Shown one piece after another: positions 7,951 to 14,538 of a DNA stretch of 14,538 nucleotides. The notes below the pieces were generated by a model that ran no database searches, had not been told where the DNA came from, and worked only from the letters and a program-made list of their open reading frames with translations. Numbering within the stretch: the first letter of the stretch is position 1; every line of letters begins with the position of its first letter. The DNA is from Calditrichaceae bacterium (GTDB taxonomy: Bacteria; Calditrichota; Calditrichia; Calditrichales; JBFXGD01), in the NCBI GenBank assembly GCA_050178385.1, contig JBFXGD010000081.1, forward strand, positions 1 through 14,538, written 5' to 3'. Made by a program: the position numbers and the translations under genes.

Positions 7951-8403
7951 TTACTTTTTTCCTTTTTGAATCTGCTTAGCCGCGTCTTCACTGGTAGTTC
8001 CTTCTCCGGACTGATTGCGGTTTGTTTCTTTAAACTGGCTTCCTTCATCCTTTTTGGACTTATCGTTAATGCCATCACCGTCTTCATCGATAAATCCGGT
8101 TTGTTCCTTTGTTTGTTCTTTCGTCTTGATCTGCGCTTTTTCTTCCACTTTTTCCTGGACTTTTACTTCTGCCTGTTCTTCAGTTTTAGTTTTGGTCTGA
8201 GTCATTTCTTTGTTTTTAGCCTGTTCCTGTGTTTTAACCTCTTCCTTAACCTGGTTCTGCTCTTTTTCAGCTGTTTTTGCCTGCTCTTTGAGCTGTACTT
8301 TTTCCTTTGCTTCCGTTTTAACTTTCTCCTTTACCTGTACTTCCTGACCATACAATGAAAAGGCTGCAAAAAAGATGACTAAAAATGCTGTTGATAATTT
8401 CAT
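7951..8403 (-). CDS. Secreted low-complexity Lys/Glu/Gln-rich protein with a DxDGDG Ca-binding-like loop
   Basis: Signal peptide MKLSTAFLVIFFAAFSLYG; AAAGGAG SD; repetitive KEQ/KTQ segments; FIDEDGDGIND; own terminator. Confidence 0.8.
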   Translation of the reverse strand: MKLSTAFLVIFFAAFSLYGQEVQVKEKVKTEAKEKVQLKEQAKTAEKEQNQVKEEVKTQEQAKNKEMTQTKTKTEEQAEVKVQEKVEEKAQIKTKEQTKEQTGFIDEDGDGINDKSKKDEGSQFKETNRNQSGEGTTSEDAAKQIQKGKK

Positions 8404-8447
8404 TTCTTTCTCCTTTGGGTTGTTGGACTGTTTTCAGGATTTTATAA

Positions 8448-8481
8448 TTCAAATGCCGTACCAACTCGTAAGTTATTGTTT
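8448..8481 (-). promoter_or_regulatory. Sigma54-like promoter with adjacent IHF-like site
   Basis: TTGGTACGGCATTTGAA (8464-8448; GG-N10-GA) preceded by AAACAATAACTTA (8481-8469), which is one mismatch from WATCAANNNNTTR. Confidence 0.55.
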
Positions 8482-8615
8482 TTATTGAACTGCACTCAGG
8501 TAAACTCGACTGACCGGACGAATTTGGATGTAGATTAGTCGATATATTGTGGATTTTCGATGGCCTGGTGGATTTTAATCATCTCTAAATTACAGCGCTG
8601 CACAAATGATCATTA

Positions 8616-9638
8616 TCAATAACTGCCTGAAAAAGGACTGAGCTGAATATTGATATGATCCGGAGCGATATTTCTTAAAAATCTTGATGTCAATCTTGAT
8701 TTTATCCCGGCAGTCACATCACTGCTTGTCCTGATTCTTACAATTGATTCCGGGTGAAGTGACAAAAATTTTGCTTCAAGATATCCCTCCAGTTCAATTT
8801 CGGTGATAGAATCATCAATCACAATATCCGTCATCGGCCTGGCATTCAGCTTGATAAAATCCGTTTTGACAAATTGATTATTTTTGTCTTCGGCATATAT
8901 ACTAATATCATAGAACCCTTTCGTCTCATCCCGCTCGGCAAATGATGTTCGTTCCGTCGAACCGGGATAAATTACGGGTATGTTGTCTGCCGTCTTTAGT
9001 ATTTGCCTGCGGTGTATATGCCCGGAAAGGACTGCCGTAATACCCGCGGGGATATCATTTATATTTATCACATCTTTCCCGGAACGGAATGTATAGGAAA
9101 TTGGCCCCACCACCGCACCCTCGACGGTCTGATGCATGCATAATAACTTAATTTTGCTTTTGTGATCGGCGTACCCGGTCTGACGGATAACCGTATTAAA
9201 GTTATCACGTATATTATCGCGGACAGACGGAAATCCTGAGATGGCCACTTCATACTGAGTTGTCTCGTGCAGGAAAGTTTTCGGAGATGAAAACACTTTT
9301 ATCCCGGGATGTGACAGAAAGATGGAAACCGGTAACCGGGACCGTTCATGATTTCCCGGAACAATAAAAACAGGGATACCGCAATCGGCTAAATCGGCTA
9401 AAGCCTGATACGCCATATCCACAATCTTCCCGGGTACCCGGCTTCTGAAGAAGACATCACCGCCATGAATAACCAGATCGGGTTTATTTGCGCGCGCGTA
9501 ATCAAGGATCTGATAATAATTTTTGAAGAAATCGGGTCCGCGACGCCGGATTTTGATTCGGGGATGCATCGGATAATCGAAACCGAGATGCGTGTCCGCA
9601 AAAAAAATCAGGCGCAGGGGATCTTTGCTACTGCTCAT
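8616..9638 (-). CDS. SbcD/Mre11-like metallophosphoesterase (DNA repair exonuclease family)
   Basis: DTHLG, GGDVF, PGNHE, GHIH and YPGSTERTSFAE..KGF motifs; no sbcC is adjacent. Confidence 0.88.
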   Translation of the reverse strand: MSSSKDPLRLIFFADTHLGFDYPMHPRIKIRRRGPDFFKNYYQILDYARANKPDLVIHGGDVFFRSRVPGKIVDMAYQALADLADCGIPVFIVPGNHERSRLPVSIFLSHPGIKVFSSPKTFLHETTQYEVAISGFPSVRDNIRDNFNTVIRQTGYADHKSKIKLLCMHQTVEGAVVGPISYTFRSGKDVININDIPAGITAVLSGHIHRRQILKTADNIPVIYPGSTERTSFAERDETKGFYDISIYAEDKNNQFVKTDFIKLNARPMTDIVIDDSITEIELEGYLEAKFLSLHPESIVRIRTSSDVTAGIKSRLTSRFLRNIAPDHINIQLSPFSGSY

Positions 9639-9657
9639 TGTTAATTCATTCCATGTA

Positions 9658-9702
9658 TGTACTTTTGTACACCATTATAAAAAATCAACAATTCATATTC
9701 AA
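9658..9702 (-). promoter_or_regulatory. Sigma70 promoter with an overlapping TGTAC-N4-GTACA palindrome
   Basis: TTGAAT (9702-9697), 17 nt, TATAAT (9679-9674), then TGTACAAAAGTACA (9671-9658) across the predicted start site. Confidence 0.65.
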
Positions 9703-9745
9703 TAAAAAAAGTGATATTTATTCGGATTGCAGAAAAACAGTATAA

Positions 9746-10003
9746 TTAAATTTTGCGGACAGCCCAGGTTTTATATCGCAGGTTATGCCGCAGCAGAAAT
9801 ACACTCCCTTCATTTGTCCGCACTTTAAAATAATCCAGATTCGGATATCCCGCCACGACGCCGCTTTCGAACCACCTGTCCAGGATCTCATCCACATCCC
9901 ATCGCTGTTCGCGATATGTAAAGGCCAGAGGCCGTTCGCTGGCTTTATAACCGTGATAACACTCCACATCAACTATTTCAAATATGACAGGTTTTTTCGA
10001 CAT
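9746..10003 (-). CDS. Small conserved hypothetical protein (resembles DUF6504-like proteins)
   Basis: VECYHGYK.SERP..F, EILDRW and YFKVRT pattern, recognised from memory only; co-oriented just downstream of clpS. Confidence 0.7.
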   Translation of the reverse strand: MSKKPVIFEIVDVECYHGYKASERPLAFTYREQRWDVDEILDRWFESGVVAGYPNLDYFKVRTNEGSVFLLRHNLRYKTWAVRKI

Positions 10004-10049
10004 AAACTACTTCCGGAGAGCATCATCACCCCTTTCCCCGGCCTTTTTT

Positions 10050-10418
10050 TCAAGATTCCTGCATTTCCGCAGGTTCTATGATGGCTGACATGGAACCCTG
10101 ACAATACGGAATTCTCCAATCAGCTCCGTATGCATGAATCTGATCCCGCTTCATCTCCGCCCTCTCCATATGGGTAGTATCAACTATCACACGGCTCATC
10201 GTATCAACTTCTCGGGCCATCAGAAAAGATTTTTCACGGCTGTGTCCGAAAATCTGCATCAGCATCTCTATGACATAATCATAACTATGATCGTTGTCAT
10301 CCATCAGAATCACATGATACATTGGAATTAGTTTTGGGATTGTTTTATCCCGTTTTTCTTTTTTTACTTTGATATCAGGAATTTCAGACTTCATGCGATT
10401 AGAACTTTCTCTGTTCAT
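10050..10418 (-). CDS. clpS: ATP-dependent Clp protease adaptor ClpS
   Basis: YHVILMDDNDHSYDYVIEML..IFG and AREVD...RVIV core; C-terminal MSAIIEPA; AGGGG SD. Confidence 0.88.
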   Translation of the reverse strand: MNRESSNRMKSEIPDIKVKKEKRDKTIPKLIPMYHVILMDDNDHSYDYVIEMLMQIFGHSREKSFLMAREVDTMSRVIVDTTHMERAEMKRDQIHAYGADWRIPYCQGSMSAIIEPAEMQES

Positions 10419-10436
10419 GGCTTTCCCCTGCCGACC

Positions 10437-10465
10437 ATATTAATGATGAAGAATAGAATTTGCAA
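10437..10465 (-). promoter_or_regulatory. Possible sigma70 promoter of clpS
   Basis: TTGCAA, 17 nt, TAATAT, ending about 19 nt upstream of the ATG. Confidence 0.35.
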
Positions 10466-10634
10466 CAAGTAAAGCTTTGCAATCAGGAATCGTTTCATCA
10501 GCTGTTTCATTGTTCGGTTCATTATTTATCTTTAAAACAGACGAGCCTATTCTCATGATCATAGCGAAATTACAATCAATTATTCTCATCGAATATCATT
10601 AAAATACATCGGATTAAAATATTTTATTTTTTTA

Positions 10635-10663
10635 TTGCTTTTATGACAGCTTACTGTTATTTT
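10635..10663 (+). promoter_or_regulatory. Sigma70 promoter with internal inverted repeat TGACAG-N4-CTGTTA; probable leaderless transcript
   Basis: TTGCTT (10635-40), 17 nt, TATTTT (10658-63) with an extended TG. ATG 10670 lies 7 nt after the -10 box. Inverted repeat at 10644-10659. Confidence 0.6.
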
Positions 10664-10669
10664 AAATCC

Positions 10670-11056
10670 ATGAAAGATAAAAAATACACCATTGAACAAT
10701 TATCCGACCTAAGCGGTTACTCCAGACGTACCATACGTTATTATATACAACAAGGTCTTCTTGAGCCACCGGCCGGCAGAGGACGTGGCGGATTTTATTA
10801 TGACAGTCATGTGCAAAAATTACATGAAATACGCGCAAACCAGGAACAGGGAATTAAGCTGGCCGCGATGCAGGAACTGTCAAAAACAGACTTGGAAAAC
10901 TCCCCGGAATCGATCAGGGATATCTGGGTAAGATATCAGATCATCCCGGGTATAGAGATACACATCAAAAGAAGTGTTGAAGAACGTGAAGGACGGCGGA
11001 TTACTGAATTAATCCGTGTAGTCAAATCGATTATAAAGGGAGATAAAAATGAGTGA
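10670..11056 (+). CDS. MerR-type helix-turn-helix protein
   Basis: YTIEQLSDLSGYSRRTIRYYIQQGLLEPP.GRGRGGFY HTH and C-terminal WVRYQIIPGIEIHI. ATG 10670 is preferred because ATG 10643 lies inside the promoter. Confidence 0.88.
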   Translation: MKDKKYTIEQLSDLSGYSRRTIRYYIQQGLLEPPAGRGRGGFYYDSHVQKLHEIRANQEQGIKLAAMQELSKTDLENSPESIRDIWVRYQIIPGIEIHIKRSVEEREGRRITELIRVVKSIIKGDKNE

Positions 11057-13376
11057 TTTATGGGGTCTTTTATCAAAAGAGAACCAGTCCGTACCCCTGA
11101 TGGGTGTTACTGTAAATGGTGAATTGCTCGGGCGCGGCGCAAAGCTTATCATCCGTCAAAAATTTCGCAATAACGAGAAAAGGGCCATTGAGGCCGTTTA
11201 CAAATTCCCGTTACCGGAGAGCAGCGCTATCTCAGGATTTCGGGTCTGGATTGGGGAAAGACTGATTGACGGAAAGATAGAGGAACGTGAAAAGGCATTT
11301 GAAAAATATGACGATTCCTTAATGGCCGGAGACGGCGCCTATCTTTTGGATGAAGAGAGACCGAATATTTTCACATTGTCCGTCGGCAATTTGAATCCCG
11401 GTATGGAGGTAACGGTCGAAATCGAGCTGGTGATGCTGCTTGACACCGAGGGTCTGAATTACCGTCTGACACTTCCGACAACGATCGCTCCCCGCTATAT
11501 CCCGGGCCACATGCAGCACGATCAGGGAATTCCCATTCAAAGCCTTGTAAATCCGCCATATGTACCGGAAGTTCCATACGGTCTGTCAATGATGTTGCGC
11601 ATCCATCATAACGGTAAACTTGCATCCGTGGAATCCATTTCTCATCCTATCAGGATCAAGCTGCATGAGAAACATGTAGGTGTTGAATTTGTCAGTGATT
11701 CCGTGGCTATGGATCGGGATTTTATCCTTGTGATTGATCCCGGAGAAAGTGAATCCGGCGCTGCTTATTTCTGTAAAGACGGCTCTTATTCATACTGGCA
11801 ATTAGATTTTGCGACCCATCAAAACGGATTTGCCGCTGAAACCGGATCAAATGAAGTGATTTTTCTGCTAGATTGTTCCGGATCTATGTCAGGAGATTCG
11901 ATTCGGGAAGCAAAAAAAGCGCTTGAGATTTGTCTTAAGGCATTACCACCGACCTGCAAATTTAATGTGTACCGTTTTGGCTCATCGTTTAACTCATTTT
12001 TTGTCAAATCACAAGACTATTCTGAATACAATCTGACATCTGCTCTCGATAAACTGGCTAAAACCGAAGCAATTTTGGGTGGTACGGAAATTTTTAATCC
12101 CTTGAGGGAAATCTATGATACATCTCCGGCGAAAGACAGGCGGACAATTGTAATCATAACCGACGGCGAAGTCGGCAATGAACAGGAAATCATCGATCTT
12201 GCAGCTTCCAATTGTTCACATACAAAAGTTTTTTCGATCGGCATCGGGACCGGGCCAAATGAACACCTGATCAAAGGAGTGGCACGCGCGGGGGATGGCG
12301 GGGCGGAATTTGTTTATCCCGGAGAACGGATCGAACCCAAGGTGCTTCGAATCTTTAACCGGATCACAAGTCCCGGGCTTGAAATAGAAAGTATCTCATG
12401 GGACGGCGAAGACAGTGAACAGGCTCCGGCTACCCCGACAATATTTGCTGATGCGGTATCGACGATATTTACCCGCAGAAGTTCCACGGATTCAATACCT
12501 TCCCGGATAATTGTATCCGGCCGCGCGGGAGCGGTAATGAAAGAATGGCATTTTGATGTGACCGAAATTGCCCCGGAAAACATGCCCCTGCCCCAACTTT
12601 GGGCAAGGGAACGGATCCGTGATCTGGAAGAGACAGAACTGAGATCAGGATCCCAACAACAAAAAAGGAAACTACTTAAATCAAATGACATGGTTATAGA
12701 ACTTTCAAAAGAATACGGTATCCTTTCAAAATTCACCAGTTATCTTGGAATAGAAAAACGGAAGAGAAGCGAGAAAACCTCAGGCGAAGTTAAGCTCCGT
12801 ATAATCCCAACCCCGATCACTACCGGCTGGCACAACCATGCAAAACACACCCATGTGTTTTCGTACAAAAAGCATGTTTATAAAGATATGGAATCCCTAA
12901 ATCTGGATGAGACTCGCGACTTTTATAAAATTAGGAATATGAAGCAAGAAATATTTACTAATCAAATTAGTCTATCCCGTTTATATGATAAAAACATCGG
13001 CACAACTGATGTGTTGATGTCGCTGCTCGCTACTCAACAATCCGGCGGAGGATTCCGGATTACCGAAGATCTGGCCCGTGTACTTAAACTCGATCTGAAT
13101 AAAATCCAAAAACTCTCGGCAAGCATTAAAACGGCACAGACGGTGGACTTGTTTACGCTGCTTTCCACCGTTGTGATCTTCGAGATTCTCAGGACCCGTT
13201 TTGTTGGACAGTCAAATATGTGGTACGCGGTCACAGAAAAAAGCCGGAAATGGCTGGATGACGTCTATGGCAACGATATTCCCCTTTTAAACGGTCACGA
13301 GTTGCCCGTATGGGGAAAAACTTATGTTACAGATAATTTAAAAGCGGACCTGTTCAATGATCCGGATGAATTTTGA
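11049..13376 (+). CDS. VIT + von Willebrand factor A domain protein (VWA5A/PARP4-like architecture)
   Basis: VIT: IEAVYKFPLP, FTLSVGNLNPG. MIDAS: LLDCSGSM, GGTEI, ITDGEV. Also LWARERI, LSKFTSYL and a C-terminal QQSGGGF helical region. Overlaps the merR stop. Confidence 0.92.
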   Translation: MSDLWGLLSKENQSVPLMGVTVNGELLGRGAKLIIRQKFRNNEKRAIEAVYKFPLPESSAISGFRVWIGERLIDGKIEEREKAFEKYDDSLMAGDGAYLLDEERPNIFTLSVGNLNPGMEVTVEIELVMLLDTEGLNYRLTLPTTIAPRYIPGHMQHDQGIPIQSLVNPPYVPEVPYGLSMMLRIHHNGKLASVESISHPIRIKLHEKHVGVEFVSDSVAMDRDFILVIDPGESESGAAYFCKDGSYSYWQLDFATHQNGFAAETGSNEVIFLLDCSGSMSGDSIREAKKALEICLKALPPTCKFNVYRFGSSFNSFFVKSQDYSEYNLTSALDKLAKTEAILGGTEIFNPLREIYDTSPAKDRRTIVIITDGEVGNEQEIIDLAASNCSHTKVFSIGIGTGPNEHLIKGVARAGDGGAEFVYPGERIEPKVLRIFNRITSPGLEIESISWDGEDSEQAPATPTIFADAVSTIFTRRSSTDSIPSRIIVSGRAGAVMKEWHFDVTEIAPENMPLPQLWARERIRDLEETELRSGSQQQKRKLLKSNDMVIELSKEYGILSKFTSYLGIEKRKRSEKTSGEVKLRIIPTPITTGWHNHAKHTHVFSYKKHVYKDMESLNLDETRDFYKIRNMKQEIFTNQISLSRLYDKNIGTTDVLMSLLATQQSGGGFRITEDLARVLKLDLNKIQKLSASIKTAQTVDLFTLLSTVVIFEILRTRFVGQSNMWYAVTEKSRKWLDDVYGNDIPLLNGHELPVWGKTYVTDNLKADLFNDPDEF

Positions 13377-13509
13377 GACATATTTTTAAATGAAGGCATC
13401 GAAAATACAATGGTGTAACAGTATACATTTTTTAATTCTAAAATACAGCCCGGGCTTACATGAACAATCCCAAATCGTATCCGGATGGATTCAGGATCTT
13501 TGGTGACGA

Positions 13510-13698
13510 TTATTTTAGTTTGAATTGATAGGGTACTTTCATAGTCACTTTTACTTTTTTCCCATCATGTTCCGCGGGAGTAAATTGTGACATCCTGGCC
13601 GCTTTAAGGGCTGCTTCATCAAGCTGTGGGATTGATTTTAAGATACTGGCATCTGATACCGATCCATCAACATCAACCGTAATTACGTGACTTTTCAT
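13510..13698 (-). pseudogene. TonB C-terminal domain fragment (truncated gene or mini-protein)
   Basis: VDVDGSVSDASILKS..LDEAALKAA...FTPA..DGKKV.V.M.VP..FKL is a TonB_C pattern. The TM anchor, Pro-rich spacer and an obvious SD are all missing. Confidence 0.6.
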
Positions 13699-13725
13699 AG
13701 AATTATCAATTATCTGAATAAAATT

Positions 13726-14358
13726 CTATACAGAACAGGCAATACCTAACTGCGCCAAATAATATGTACTCAAAATGATGAACTGCGCGCTTCTGAATTT
13801 TTTGACAATCCGGTTATATGCCAGAATAACATCAGAAAAAACAAATAATATGGTTCCAATCAATGCGATGATTGAACTATATGAAAATATCTCATCCATC
13901 CGTCCTGCCGCCTGCCAAAGCAAAAACACCAGGATCAAAGAATATATTATAACCGGGACCGTTTTTGAGCCTGCATGGGGCAGTAATATTTTTAAAAAGA
14001 CGGCGCTCAAAACCAAACCCGGTATGAGGTAGATATAACCTACGGGAAAACTTGAGCCACTGATAAAAGCAAGGATGTAAAATACATGAGTCACTAAAAA
14101 GCAAGACAGTCCGGACAAAAATCGATCCGAAGGCAGCATCAAAAAAATATCGCCGGCCAGGGCAAAGAACAAACCGGCTATGATCAAATACCGGTAAACG
14201 GAAGAAACTTCAGCCGTCTGAATAAAAGCTATTAAAATAATTAAAACAATTGTCAGCGGTTTAAAAATATATGTTTGATATATTTTCTGCCTATAATCGG
14301 CATGGATATGTAATAGGCCAGAGAAGACGGCTAAAATGGTGAGGATGGATAAAATCAT
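13726..14358 (-). CDS. yhhN: YhhN-family membrane protein (lysoplasmalogenase-like)
   Basis: FKPL, GDIFLM, FL.GL..FL.THVFY, LFVFSD..LA and TYYLAQ motifs; highly hydrophobic. Confidence 0.9.
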   Translation of the reverse strand: MILSILTILAVFSGLLHIHADYRQKIYQTYIFKPLTIVLIILIAFIQTAEVSSVYRYLIIAGLFFALAGDIFLMLPSDRFLSGLSCFLVTHVFYILAFISGSSFPVGYIYLIPGLVLSAVFLKILLPHAGSKTVPVIIYSLILVFLLWQAAGRMDEIFSYSSIIALIGTILFVFSDVILAYNRIVKKFRSAQFIILSTYYLAQLGIACSV

Positions 14359-14457
14359 CAATTACTCAAACTTACAACGGTTGATATGGTTCCGGCCGGC
14401 AAATGAAAATCCACCTTCTGTCCAAGATTAAGTCGAAGAGATGATCTTTTAAGCTTA

Positions 14458-14538
14458 TCAGTCAATGATGACAACACCTTTCTTTCGAAATTTATCGATT
14501 TGCTCTGCCGGGATTTTATTGCTGATGATATTTAAATA
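14458..14538 (-). CDS. Possible 3' end of an upstream gene (YLNIISNKIPAEQIDKFRKKGVVIID*)
   Basis: The frame is open from the window edge to TGA at 14458-14460; too short to identify. Confidence 0.35.
   Translation of the reverse strand, partial: YLNIISNKIPAEQIDKFRKKGVVIID

Noticed and set aside
7966..8358. 130-aa Phe/Leu-rich ORF on + strand that looks like a membrane protein
   Set aside because: It is the antisense shadow of the Lys/Glu/Gln-rich gene, which has the SD, signal peptide and terminator.
10004..10052. GC-rich possible hairpin after the clpS TGA (SECIS or terminator)
   Set aside because: Pairing is imperfect, there is no U-tract, ClpS is already complete, and readthrough meets another TGA within 8 codons.
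9718..10081. Alternative ORFs 9718..9972 (-) and 9785..10081 (+)
   Set aside because: They overlap the more protein-like 9746..10003 ORF, which has an ATG start and a conserved-looking motif pattern.
10643..10669. Longer N-terminus (MTAYCYFKS) for the second MerR protein
   Set aside because: This ATG sits within the predicted promoter spacer and operator, and the HTH begins right after Met at 10670.
11319..13234. Minus-strand ORFs inside the VIT-vWA gene
   Set aside because: Antisense shadows with no domain signal.
13460..13528. Short + strand ORF (MNNPKSYPDG...) after the second SOS-like box
   Set aside because: Only about 22 codons, no SD, a weak -35, and it overlaps the end of the TonB fragment.

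Overview
Bacterial chromosomal window. Shine-Dalgarno signals and canonical sigma70-like promoters are present; an FCB-superphylum anaerobe such as Calditrichota/KSB1 is only a guess. The left end holds a 5'-truncated multiheme c-type cytochrome gene (+) that converges on a minus-strand sulfur-respiration operon. That operon runs: MerR-type regulator with a Cys-rich CW..CW domain, psrA/phsA-like Tat-exported molybdoenzyme, psrB, psrC (NrfD), a 409-bp intergenic insert of heptamer repeats around a periodic 93-bp palindrome, two short YeeE/YedE sulfur transporters, and a membrane-anchored rhodanese-fold protein that lacks the catalytic Cys but ends in a lone C-terminal Cys. The operon and an upstream secreted K/E/Q-rich protein gene each carry sigma54-like promoters. 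The middle holds clpS, a small conserved protein and an orphan SbcD/Mre11-like nuclease whose promoter overlaps a TGTAC-N4-GTACA palindrome (SOS-box-like). The right part holds an apparently leaderless MerR-HTH plus VIT-vWA pair with an operator-like repeat, a TonB C-terminal fragment and a YhhN-family gene. All calls come from reading motifs by eye; no database searches were run.
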